Shown here in pieces: positions 11,278-23,105 of a stretch of DNA of 32,000 bases. The notes beneath the pieces are model-generated. The model saw nothing but the letters and a program-made list of their open reading frames with translations, ran no database searches and was not told the origin of the DNA. The translations under genes and the position numbers were made by a program. How positions within the stretch are numbered: the stretch's first letter is position 1; each line of letters begins with the position of its first letter. This DNA is from Wallemia ichthyophaga EXF-994. Its lineage: Eukaryota > Fungi > Basidiomycota. Location of the stretch: NCBI RefSeq assembly GCF_000400465.1, contig NW_008806285.1, positions 90,001 through 122,000 on the forward strand, given 5' to 3'.

Positions 11278-11352
11278 TATGTGTGTATATGTGCATTCAA
11301 TGTGATTCCATTATCTCTAAAGACTCAGGCTTAATTTTGGCCGTTGCACTCG

Positions 11353-12273
11353 CTAAAATCCTTTGCAACTCTTCCACTCGGCGTCTTGCTGCTGTACATT
11401 GAGTCTATTGGCCAACTCAACCAGTCCAATATTACGAGTCGAGGGATGAACGTCAGAGAAAGGCACACGACCGTCGAGAAAGATGTCAAATTCCTCCGGA
11501 TGCACCGTCTCAGGCTCGTCCTCCTCCTGTTCGCGAGCAATGTACACGGTGCGCATGCCTACAGCTCTAGCGCCTCTGCAATCATTTGCATGTGCGGCAA
11601 CCATAGCGCACTGCTCCGGGCGTAAGCCGAGCCATCTAGCGATGCTCAAGTAAGTTTCCGGGTGAGGTTTATAAACACGGGGGATATCAGCCCCGCAGAT
11701 GAAATCCCAACGGAGGTTGGCATGTTTAGCCATATCCACCAGCAGCCTGCAGTGACCGTTGCTCAGCGTGGCGACGACGTACTTCTGTTTCAGAAGGTCG
11801 ATCCCATGCGCGGCGTCAGGCCAAGCGTCCAGATCGTGCCAAATGAGAGAGAGGTCGTCGAGCTGTGCCGGGGTGTAGACATGATCGATGGCGTACTTGT
11901 GCGTGAGCGCGTCGAGTGCGTTTCGATGGAACGTATCGACCGTGGGGAAGTGGGAGTGTGTGGGTGCGACACCGCGTGAGTGCTCAGCTACACCCCTCTT
12001 GAACGCCTCGCGCCAGTCAGCGAGGAATGCCGCCCAGTTCACCCTTTCCAGTCGCTCAGCGTCTGCGTGCGCACTAGCGCGCCGACAAAGCTCAGCGTGC
12101 ACCGTGTGGTGCCAGTTGACAGTGGTGCCGAAAGCATCGACAATAAGCGCCTGGATTCGGTGTGAGCGTGGACTTGCACTGGTGGACTTGCACGCTTGTA
12201 CTCACTTTCACTCCTTGCTGACGTGCTGGCTCAGCCACTGCACCTCCGTCGCTGATCAACCCCCACTCACCAT
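11353..12273 (-). CDS. HAD-superfamily hydrolase, haloacid dehalogenase type II
   Basis: Spliced start M|QGVK|ALIVDAFGTTVNWH (introns 12218-12270 and 12151-12205). HAD motifs are DAFGT, WHDLDAWPD, ATLSNG, YKPHPETY and MVAAHANDCRGARAVGMRTVYIAR. Confidence 0.9.
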
Positions 12274-13009
12274 TTTCGCGTGTGTTGTAGTGGCTGTGGC
12301 TCAGAAGTTTCAAACAATACGTCATTCGATAGTAACGATAAAAATTGCATACTCCCCAACGCCCGACGGACTCTCACGCCGAATGTCACCCCCGCGCTCT
12401 ATCTGTTTCCCTTCTGCACGAGCCTCCTGGATGCGATGCAACGCCAATGATTGCTGCTTCTGCCCGGCACGAACCAGGCACGGCGTACTCACTGGTGGTA
12501 TACTTGGTGAGCCGAGTAGAAAATACGTAAGCAGCTAAACACATATTTTCTCCACCACTTGCTTCGCTCCACCAATGTATTTATCATATCGTCCAGACTA
12601 TCCATATCTTCTGCTTGCTATTTGATAGCTCCACTGCGGTATCATCAGGGACAACTAAATGAAGCCCTTTACGAGTTCTTCAAAACGCAATTGACTACGT
12701 ACCAGAGATACTCCGGTGGTTCAGCGTAGTTGAGAAACACTAGTAATTTACAAATCACGACGCTGGTCAAGAAACGCTTTCGGTGAATTCAACACCTCCT
12801 TTGACTCCTCATACTTTAAGGAGTATTGATGGACGCAGTTTATAACATTTATCGTCTTAACAACATAATCAGATTTCATCATCAGGAAAAACTAATACAA
12901 AGCACCATATATACTATCGTTTTATGCACGCACTAAGCAGAGAGAATTGAAAAAAGTGTATCATTGAAATAAAGTGAGAGTGAGAATTTTATTATCATAG
13001 TGGTACATA

Positions 13010-14628
13010 TTACGCAGCTGCTGGTGGAGGAATAGAAGCACCTCTGTTATCAGGAATAGCAATGTTTGGGTTATGGTCTTTGAGCAGCTTACCACCGTAC
13101 ATAACGACGCCATTCTCGCGCTGGAATTCTTTGATTCTCTGCTCCATCTGTGGTCTGAAGTGTCTAACGAGACCTTGGATTGGCCACGCTGCGGCGTCAC
13201 CGAGTGCGCAGATGGTGTGACCTTCAATCTGCTTGGATAATTCAACCAACATGTCAATCTCCCTATTGGCAGCTTGGCCGTTCTCGAATCTGTTCATCAT
13301 GTTGTACATCCACGAAGTACCCTCTCTGCATGGTGTGCATTGTCCACATGACTCGTGTTTGTAGAACTTTGCGAATCTCGAAATAGCTTTGACCATATCG
13401 GTGGACTGATCCATGACGATGATTGCTCCAGTACCGAGGGATGTTTGAGCATCCTTGAGAGAGTCGAAATCCATGAGAACGTCGGTACAAACATCTCTTG
13501 GGATGACAGGCACAGATGCACCACCAGGTACTATGCCCTGGAGGTTCTGCCAACCGCCCTTGACACCACCGCAGTGTCTCTCGATGAGTTCCTTCAGGGG
13601 CACCGACATCTCTTCTTCGACGACACATGGGTTGTTGACGTGTCCAGAAATGGCAAACAATTTTGTACCTGAATTCCTGTCTCTGCCGAACGAGTCAAAC
13701 CAAGAAGGACCTCTTCTAACAATGGTTGGAACAACTGCCACTGTTTCTACATTTGCGACAGTGGTTGGACAACCGAAAACACCGACATCGGCAGGGAATG
13801 GAGGCTTAAGCCTTGGCTTACCCTGCTTGCCCTCGATAGATTCAATAAGCGCAGTCTCTTCACCGCAAATGTATGCACCGGCACCACGGTGGATGAAGAC
13901 GTCGAACTTGTAGCCAGAGCCGCAGGCGTTTTCACCTATCAAACCAGCTTTGTAAGCTTCGTCGATGGCTTGCTGGAGTCTGACGGCCTCGTGGTAAAAT
14001 TCACCACGGATGTATATGTAAGAAGCAGAGGCATTCATAGCTCTGCCGGCAACCAAACAGCCTTCAATGAGTTTGTGTGGGTCACCACGCATGATTTCTC
14101 TGTCCTTGCAGGTGCCTGGTTCACCTTCATCAGCGTTGACGACCAAGTAGCGAGGTCTGGAATCTTTATCCCAGCCAGGCTTGTTCATGAAGGACCATTT
14201 CAAGCCTGAAGGGAAACCAGCGCCACCTCTGCCTCGAAGTCCTGAGTCTTTAACGGCTTGGATAAGGTACTGGTCACCCTTCAAGACAATTTCCTTCGTC
14301 TTGTGCCAGTCACCACGACTCATTGCGCCTTTGAGGCTGAAGTCGTGGCGGTCGTACAAGTTAGTGAAGATTCTTGCGGGGAGTTAGAATGAGAGTGGGC
14401 AGCGTACAAGTACACATACCTATCTTGATCTATTGGAAAGCACGCGTCAGCCACCTACACATAATCCTCACGCCATTCTCACCTTTCAAACCGCCGTATC
14501 CTCTGCAACGCCACAGTGTAAGCGGGATAGAGATGCGGATAAAAGCGCACTAACCTAACTGGTGGCTCTGAAACCGATGCAAACGATCTCGCAGACCTTA
14601 GAACACTTTTTTGAACGCGGTTCAACAT
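13010..14628 (-). CDS. NDUFV1: NADH:ubiquinone oxidoreductase 51-kDa flavoprotein subunit (complex I), mitochondrial precursor
   Basis: [68 protein letters not shown] and [15 protein letters not shown]. The presequence [18 protein letters not shown] is followed by three 5' introns. Confidence 0.97.
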
Positions 14629-14813
14629 GGTGGTTTTGGTAGAAATAACGCACACAAAACAGCGTACACAACGCACGCACAAAGAAAAGTTTAAATAAAT
14701 AAATAAATACATAGCTGTGCATCCTCTGTGGCTTTCGCATCTCCAACTCTGCATATATCTCAAATCAGTTTCAGCCAGTCACAATTGAGATATTTGAAAT
14801 GAGGCCATGCAGG

Positions 14814-15806
14814 CTACTCCATCTCCTCAACCATCTTGGGTGCCTCTGCTTGGCCTACTTGTAGCTCGACATTGTCCAAAAAGTCATTGGCCACGAGGAA
14901 GCGTATCGTTTGTGAGAGGTAGCTTACACTCTGCCTAATCTCATCGTTGAACAGCTTCGCCATGAGATTTGGCTGCTCGAATTGATTTTTGTGCTTTGGT
15001 TTGCTGTCTGTGTGGTTTTTATGAAGGCGTGGCTGTGAGAGGAGATGGGAAGGCTTTGGTGGATGGGATGGAGGGATCTTTGAGGAGACACTTTCTGGTG
15101 CATCGTCAGCATCGTCAGCATCATTGGTAGCACCGTCGTTGTCGTCAGCCTCCTCTATGACACGTTTCTTTGGTATTTGAGACGGTTGAAATGCTTGAGA
15201 TGCTTTGTGATTAGAGCTCCCCTTCAAGCTACCACCGAACTTTGGATGTAGTGGTAGCTCTCCGCGCGCCTTTTTATCCTCCCGGACGCGTTCCTTCTCA
15301 GCGAGATTTGCTGCAGAAGGAAACCTACTCTTACGCTCAGCAATCCAGTCATTTATAGCCTCTGGAGTATCGAGCATGATATTTGTACCTTCGACGGGCA
15401 CGATAGGCTTCGCAGGCTTCGAAGCTCTCTTACGCTCCTCGTTCTCGAGGAAGCCGGGTGGATAAATGAGGTGTCTGTCCATCATGTGTAACTCTACTTG
15501 TTTCTTTGTACCCGAATGGGTACATTGGGTGCAGTGGTGTTGTTGCGGCTGTTGTGCTTGTGGCTGCTGCCGCTGCTTCTTTGGCTTGGACTGTCTACTT
15601 TGTCTACTTGGGCCAGCGTTTGCACCGGAAGCAGAAGGATAGAACTGCTGATTGTTCATGTAGCTGTAGTATCCAGCGTTGTATCCGCCGACGCTGGCTG
15701 TGTGTTGTGCGTGCTGTGCGTTTGCCTGCGCCTGAGCCTGCGCTTGCTGCTGCAAAAACCACCACTGATAATATGCGTTATAATATTCCTCGGAATTGGT
15801 GTCCAT
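14814..15806 (-). CDS. NUFIP1: NUFIP1/Rsa1 family box C/D snoRNP assembly factor
   Basis: PEP-domain motif LDTPEAINDWIAERKSRFPS, C-terminal LMAKLFNDEIRQSVSYLSQTIRFLVANDF, a C2H2-like finger CTQC-x11-H-x4-H and a Q/A-rich N-terminus. It is a single ORF. Confidence 0.85.
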   Translation of the reverse strand: MDTNSEEYYNAYYQWWFLQQQAQAQAQANAQHAQHTASVGGYNAGYYSYMNNQQFYPSASGANAGPSRQSRQSKPKKQRQQPQAQQPQQHHCTQCTHSGTKKQVELHMMDRHLIYPPGFLENEERKRASKPAKPIVPVEGTNIMLDTPEAINDWIAERKSRFPSAANLAEKERVREDKKARGELPLHPKFGGSLKGSSNHKASQAFQPSQIPKKRVIEEADDNDGATNDADDADDAPESVSSKIPPSHPPKPSHLLSQPRLHKNHTDSKPKHKNQFEQPNLMAKLFNDEIRQSVSYLSQTIRFLVANDFLDNVELQVGQAEAPKMVEEME

Positions 15807-15871
15807 TTGATTTACTTAAACTTGTTCAAGGATACCGCCATCATCTCAAGCACAAATATTTAAATTCAAAG

Positions 15872-18800
15872 ATGAGATCTCTAACGCAGTTCTCGGAATA
15901 TTCAAACCACTCAAATCACCACAATCCACTGCGCCAGATTTCTTACTGCCCAGATTTGGATGTTACATTCGGGTGCTGTGAGAAGAAGGCGGAATTCACG
16001 CTGATTGGTTGGAGCGATTTGGGTGTTTGCAAGGTGTGTATCCGTTGTCCCATCTTTTCCCCCGCTCAGCCATCTCCCAGCATCTCGCAACCATCTCCCA
16101 TAGTCCATCTCCGACTCCGACCACCACCGACTCCCAGCTTATCTCGCTCGCTTATCTCCCGGATGCCCAATCCGTCTGCATTCTATCTCGGTCTGGTGAT
16201 ATCTCGCTGATCCGATTGGCTGATTTCGATTTGCACCAAGACTTGGAATATCCCGTCGAACACATTGGCACTGTCGAGCCAGGCATCACAGCAGCAAGCT
16301 ATAGCCCTGACGAAGAGCTTCTCGTCATCGTCACTCTCAACGACGACCTCCTCCTCCTCACCGCGAATGGCTACTTTGATGTCCTCGCAGAGTTGCCGCT
16401 CAGATCCAGCGACTTTGGCCAAGATAAGAATGTGAACGTTGGGTGGGGTTCCAAATCCACGCAATTCCACGGCCGCGCTGGTAAACAAGCCGCGACTCTG
16501 CCAGGTGGTCCATCACTTGTAACATCAGAGCAGACAGAGCACACCGAGCACACCCTCGACTCTCAGCCTAGAGTGTCTTGGAGAGGCGACTCAGCCTTTT
16601 TTGCTGTATCTACCCTCGACCTCCTCGACAAAGAAAGCGGTGATGGGCAGGTAGAAGCGCGCGTGATACGGACCTATAGCCGCGCATCAGCCGAGTTGCA
16701 ATCTACCTCTGAATTCGCTCCTGGGCTACTGCATCCTCTAGCCTGGCGCAAGGGGCCTGGCGCTCCGACGATGGCGTCCGTGATGCGATATGGACAGTCT
16801 CCAGGCTGTGCCGAGGGCTATGAGCATCTTGATATTGTTTTCTTCGAGCGCAACGGCCTCAGACATGGCGAGTTTACCTTAAAGGGTATCGTGCAGGGTG
16901 CGTTGGAGGGAAAGAAAGATGTGCGCGTCAAGGAACTCGAGTGGTCCTGCGACGGAGTCGTCCTGGCGGTGTGGCTGTCCATCGATAACGAGGATGTCGT
17001 CCAGCTGTATAGCTCTGCCAACTGGTACTGGTATCTCAAGAGCGAGGTGCCTCTCCGCAGCGCTGGAAATACAAACAGTGTACAGGCGCTCTCCTTCTCC
17101 GACGAATCCCCTCTCAACCTTTCCATAATCCTCGCCGATTCCTACAGGAATTTGGAATGGTCATGGACAGTGTACAGCTCGCCCAACGATAGGCACGACC
17201 TCGGTTTGGTGGGAGTGGTTGATGGACATCACACCAAATTCACTCCACTCGGAATCGCCAATGTCCCACCACCTATGTCACTCTATCAGGTGCAAACAAA
17301 CGGCACACCCGTCCACGTGGCATTCGCACACTCGTCACTGGCCTTCCTCCTCCCAGGCGGCAGGGTAGAGGTGTGGCGGTACGAGCCTGCAAATGGCCAC
17401 GCTAGACCTACACACCAGAGCACTCACCAGACAGACGCACATGCGCGCCAGATCGCGTGGGTGGACGAGCACACGCTCGCTGTCGCCGGCGGTGAGCTGG
17501 GCGTGGTGGATGTGAGTGTGGATTCGAAGGAGGGTGTTTACACACGCACTAGTGTGCACAGCGAGGCAGTACCATTGCATCGGTCCCTACTCGTGCCTGG
17601 CCTGTCTGACACTGCTCTTTTGCAGGATGCAAATGCGCGTCTGCACACCCTTACCCTCACCCCCACCCCTACTCTCGCGGAACTAGATGTGGAGCTCGGA
17701 GTGTTCTGCCCGCACGTCAGCTACCACGGCGGCACAGAGCGCGTCGTCGCGCTATCCCCCACGGGCAAACTGTCTATGGGAAGTGTAGACGGTGTGCGAA
17801 TGACCCCACTCGCCACTAACGCCCTCTCGTACACACTCACGCCCGATTTCCTTATAGGCACCACGAGTGCGCACAAGGCCATATTCGTCGACTTGCACAG
17901 CGCGAGTGAGGCAGGCGGTGGTGTTGAGGAGAGGAGAGTAGAGAGAGGGTCGCGCGTAGTGTTAGCGTGTCCACGTGCAATGCGGCTCGTGTTGCAGATG
18001 CCTCGTGGCAATCTCGAGACTATCGCTCCGCGTCCGCTAGTCCTTCAGAACGTGCGGCGCGATGTTGAGGCGGGCCGGTATGGCGATGCGTTTGTGGCAT
18101 GTCGGAAACATCGTGTGGATATGAACATCCTCTTCGATTTGCAGCCTTCCCTCTTCTTCGACAGGCTTGCGGCGTTTGTGGACCAGATCAAGCACCAGGA
18201 TCACCTCAATCTCTTCCTGACGGCGTTGCGGGATGAGGACCTCACTCTGACGCAGTATGCGAAGCAGGAGCAGGAGCAGGAAAAGGGAGAAGTGGATGTG
18301 GGCGATAAGAGGTGGGTGGTATATCTTTCTTACATCTTGAAATAGATAGACTGACACAATATTATACAGCACACACGCACCCCACCGCCCTAACAAAGTG
18401 AACGAAATCTGCACGGCAGTGCGAGGAGAGCTGCTCAAGCGGGATTTAGTGGCGTACACGCAGACGATTATGACATCCTACGTCCGCATGACACCGCCAA
18501 ATGTCGAAGCTGCGCTCAATCTGCTGCACGAGCTGCAGAAGCAGAAGGTGAGGCGGGAGGTGGAGATGGAAGTGGAGCTGGGAGATAACTCTGGTGACAG
18601 CGTCCACGATAACTCAGACCTAACCGATCTGGTTGAGGAGGGAGTCAAGTATATAATCTTCCTCGTCGATTCGCGCACCTTATTCGACTGTGCACTTGGC
18701 ATGTATGACTTCGAACTAGTGTTGATGGTGGCGCAGCATTCTCAGCGCGATCCTAAGGAGTATCTTCCCTTCTTGCGCCATCTGCAGGGTATGGGTGAGG

Positions 18801-20047
18801 CTGAGCAGCGGTTCCACATCGATGACCACCTCGGCCGGCACGTGCGTGCAATGGGGCATGTGTACGCGCTATACAGGAGTATGAGCGATACAGACAACGA
18901 GAAAGAGAAAGAAGCGGCATTGTCGACATTCATCACGTACGCACAAGACCACTCGCTTTACAAAGAGGCGCTTTCGCTTAGCAAGGAGGATAGCACAGCG
19001 CATAGGGTGGTGCTGGAGGTATATGGGGACCATCTAACGACGCAAAACGAGTATCGGGATGCAGCCCTCGCGTATCGACTTGCTGACCTGCGCGAGAAGG
19101 CCTTGGGAGCTTATGACCGGGCACACGCGTGGCAGGAGTTGTTTGCGATGATGATGGAGTATGGTAGCACCTCAGACGAGCTCGCCGACGTTGCTTACCG
19201 TATTGCCGAAGATCTCAACCAGCGTCGTCGGTTTAGCGAAGCGGGTCGTGTGCTGTGCGATTATACAGACGATACACGTGCTGCCGCCGATCAGTATATC
19301 AAGGGTGGGGAGTATGCGGAGGCGGTGCGCGTGTGTGTGTTGAAGAAGCACTTGAACCTCATCAACACTTTCATCAAGCCATCTCTCATTAATGCGCACG
19401 AAACGGCCATGGACGAGGCGGAGGAGATGGACGGTCAACTCACCAAACAGATGGAGAGACTGGGCGAGTTGCGTATGGCGAAGAAAGCCCAGCCTGAGGC
19501 TTTCTACATGGAGGAACAGCTCGAGAACAACCCCGCATTGGATAATGTGGATGTGGCTTCGGATGCTACGACGGCAGTGACGCAATTCACGCGTTACACT
19601 CAACGAGCTTCGACATTTGCAAGCAGCGCGATGACGGGAGCTTCCAAGAAGAACAGCAAGAAGAGCAAGAGAAAGGCTGCGATGAAGGAAGCGAGTGGGA
19701 AGAGAGGGACAGTTAACGAGGAGGTGTACATCATGGCAAGTCTAAAGAGATTAGTTGAGCGTGTGGAGGGAGTGCTCAAAGAGGCAGGTGGATTGCTGGG
19801 ATATCTGTTGATTTACGGGTACGTAGAGGAGCACAGAACGCTAAAAGAAAGACTGGGGGATTTGGAGGAGAGGATAGAGGGAGCAGTGGGGGAGACTTGG
19901 AGGGAGAGTGCGGATGACACGGCTATTCCTAACAACATACCAGACACAGAGAGGATGGTGTGGGAGAGAGTGTCTAGCGAGTTGAGTAGAAAGTACACGC
20001 AGCCTAGTAAACCAGAGAATAAGAGAATAAATTGGAGAAGATTGTAA
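15872..20047 (+). CDS. ELP1: Elongator complex protein 1 (IKI3/IKAP)
   Basis: GWGSKSTQFHGRAGKQAA, VSWRGDSAFFAVS, VFFERNGLRHGEF, NWYWYLK, RRVERGSRVV, LQMPRGNLETIAPR, CRKHRVDMNIL, SQRDPKEYLPFL and the basic region SKKSKRK...GKRGTVNEE. Introns lie near 16022-16071 and at 18312-18369. Confidence 0.96.
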
Positions 20048-20113
20048 ATAATTTTTAGATAGAAATTCACTGGGAATGCACACACTGAGGAAGGGTTAAG
20101 AAGACACCTCACA

Positions 20114-21850
20114 ATGAGCCTGAAAATACCAAAATCACAGGGAATAGACTTGTTTAAGCCAGGTGGCAAGCAGCTTTCTGGAATAGAAGATGCGGTAATT
20201 AGAAATATTCAGGCAGTCAATGAGCTATCAGAGATCGTTAGGACTTCATTTGGACCAAATGGTGGGGAGGTATGGGATATAATATACATAGGCTAATGCT
20301 ATACAGGAAAGAACAAGCTGATAATCAACCACCTCGACAGGCTATTCGTTACAAACGACGCAGCTACGATTGTCGAGGAATTGGAAGTTGTTCACCCAGC
20401 AGCGAAATTAATCGTGATGGCATCTCACCAGCAGGAGCAGGAGGTAATTGTACTGGTACATGACCTATATCACCCTAACACTCCTCAGGTCGGCGATGGA
20501 TCAAACCTGGTACTCATCTTAGCAGGTGAATTACTCAAGAAAGCTGAGAATTTATTGATAATGGGATTGCATCCTTCTGAGATTGTTCAGGGATACGAGT
20601 TGGCTAGAAATAAAGCACTTGAATCCCTCTCAGATCTCTCAAATGGAAACCTGGCTCTCCCACCCACAAAGCAATCCTTAGCAACCTCCATAAAGACTTC
20701 CCTTGGCTCGAAACAATTCGGTAACGAAGACTTCCTCGCTGATTTGGTCTCAGATGCTGTCTCAACCGTCATGCCCAAAGATTTCTCCCAATTCAATATC
20801 GATAACGTTAGAGTCGTTAAGATTATGGGCGGTAACCTCTACGAATCACGCGTTCTTAGAGGTATGGTCTTTGGTAGACAGCCAGAAGGCGTTGCACGCA
20901 ACGCAACCAAAGCAAAGGTCGCCGTTTTCACGTCAGGCATTGACATATCTCAAACCGAGACTAAGGGCACCGTTCTCCTCAAGAACGCTGATGAAATGAT
21001 GAACTTTACAAGAGGCGAAGAGCAACAAATTGAAAAGGTCTTGAAGGAAATCGCTGACTCTGGCGTCAAAGTTGTCGTTGCTGGCTCTCAAGTTGGTGAT
21101 CTCGCCTTACACTACTTGAACAGACTTGATATCGTCGTTATCAAGGTTCTCTCCAAATTTGAGCTCAGAAGACTATGTAGAGTCGTCGGTGCTACCCCAT
21201 TAGCTAGACTTGGCGCTCCTACCGCTGAAGAAGCTGGTTATGTTGATGTTTTGGAAACTACTGAAATCGGTGGGGATAGAGTTACCGTCTTTAGACAGGA
21301 CAATGATCAACTCACTCGCACTTCAACTATCGTCTTGCGTGGTGCTACTGCTAATCACCTCGACGATATTGAGAGGGCTATTGACGATGGTGTCAACATT
21401 ATCAAAACCTTACTCACTAAGGATAACAGATTCATTGCTGGTGCTGGTGGCTCTGAGATGGAATTATCCAAGATCATCGAAGATTTTGGTGATAAAACTC
21501 CCGGCCTCAACCAACACGCTATCAAGAAATTCGCTGAAGCACTCCAGATTGTTCCAATCACCTTGTCTGACAACGCAGGTCTCAACTCAACTGAAATTTT
21601 AGCCAAGCTTCTCTCGGCTCACTCAACAGATAAAGGTAGAGATTTTGGTATTGACATTGATGCTGTATCTGATGAAGGTATAATAAACACACTCCAACAC
21701 GGTATAAAGGACAGTTTGGCTTCCAAGTGGTGGTCAATCAAGTATGCCGTTGAATCTGCTATCGCTGTACTTAGAGTGGACAGTATCATCATGTCGAAAG
21801 CTGCTGGTTTGGCTCCACCTCAACAACAAGGACACTGGGATGATGATTAG
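20114..21850 (+). CDS. CCT8: T-complex protein 1 subunit theta (CCT/TRiC chaperonin)
   Basis: MSLKIP...AVIRNIQAV...RTSFGPNG|KNKLIINHL...TNDAATI...HPAAKL...QEQE|VGDGSN, plus ELRRLCRVVGATPL, EIGGDRVTVFRQ and a C-terminal WDDD. It has two introns. Confidence 0.96.
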
Positions 21851-21902
21851 ATTATCAAAAAGTTTTATTGTGAATTCTTTAATAAATATTGTTTCTTTTA
21901 GT

Positions 21903-23105
21903 CTAAAAAGTACAATAAACCAAAGCGAATGTGAGTGTGGCCATAAGTGTGAAAGGTGATGAAACGTGGAGAGATAACCCGCCGCTGCTTGCCTTGTATG
22001 GCTCAGAAGTTGGATGGAATGATGCTTGTCCGAGTGATGTTGCATTGCCTTCACTCATTGTGTACTTCCAGCTCACATCGTCTGGTCCTACATTGGTTGG
22101 AGAGTCAGCGCACTTGATTGATACCGATTGAATCGTAGCCTTGAATGGACCTGATAGACATTTCATTAGCGAAGCAATCAGTTTGGAGAGTTACCTACCT
22201 TCATCCCAGTGAATAGCTCCACCGCCCCACTCATAGCTTCCCGGTGACACATCCTCAATCCCAGATGGCCAGACTGAAAATTGTAATCTCGAAGGTGAAG
22301 CTGGGTAGTGTGGCACCTTATCCCATCCCATAGTGTCAGCTTTATTGAGTGTTCGCACTACAACACCATCAATCTTCCACTCGAGTTTTTCTTCCGTCCA
22401 ATTTAAACCAAAGTCATGGAACCGCTCATCAGGATGAGGGAAGTCGTGAGTATCGCCCTTGGTGTAATCTGTTTCACCTTGGAAATAGTAATTGGACTGG
22501 CCTTCTCCAGTTTTTGCACCAACAAACTCCCAATCGATCTCATCATGAATGTCAGACATTAAGATCATAGTAGAAATAACGCCCTGGTTTCCTGTAACTT
22601 TCATTCTAGCGTTAAACTCTCCGTAAAGCATGTATCTTGTTGAGCTCAATTTCGTACCCTTATTATCCTCTGTCATTATCATTGTCAACATGTTATCTTC
22701 TCTAGCTATATCTCCTTTGTCGAGAGTGAAATCGTATTCATCTGCTTCTCCATGGTATTCATCTGGATTCTGCATAATACCCTTCCAAGCAAGTCTATCA
22801 AATGCGTTGATATTGAGATTCTTACACATGGGTACGTTCTCGCAAGCGTCTTGAGCAGATACGCGTGGATCACACCCAAAGCGACAGTGTGCATTAGTGT
22901 CACCGCAATGACCAAATTCTGTAGTGCGTTGCAATCAGCTAAAATACGCACAATCACAACACCCCCACTCACCTGAGCAACACGGTATATCAGTTGGACA
23001 GGTCAGACCTGTAGCTGCACTGCAACTACCACCATTGGCTGCTGCCGTCGTTGCTGCGAGTGCAAATAGAGCTCCTAATGAAAATGCGCGTTTAGCGTTG
23101 TACAT
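21903..23105 (-). CDS. UTR2: GH16 chitin transglycosylase with an N-terminal chitin-binding (CBM18-like) module and probable GPI anchor (Crh/Utr2 family)
   Basis: Signal peptide MYNAKRAFSLGALFALAATTAAA, Cys-rich TCPTDIPCCS|EFGHCG...CRFGCDP, KLSSTRYMLYG, catalytic DEIDWEF, PASPSRLQFSVWP, WGGGAIHW and a hydrophobic C-terminal tail. It has several introns. Confidence 0.9.

Noticed and set aside
11662-12538. Plus-strand ORFs of 105-216 aa overlapping the HAD gene
   Set aside because: They are antisense shadows in GC-rich coding DNA with non-ATG starts and no recognisable motifs.
12824-12848. Small hairpin ACTCCT...AGGAGT
   Set aside because: A 6-bp stem is expected by chance.
15498-16210. Long plus-strand ORFs antisense to NUFIP1 (121 aa and 234 aa)
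   Set aside because: They are shadows of CAG/low-complexity coding sequence. Only the part from ATG 15872 is real (ELP1 exon 1).
3704-21850. Functional cluster of complex-assembly factors (TTI1, NUFIP1, ELP1, CCT8, TAF8)
   Set aside because: They are interspersed with unrelated genes, and such housekeeping genes are common enough to co-occur by chance. There is no synteny evidence.
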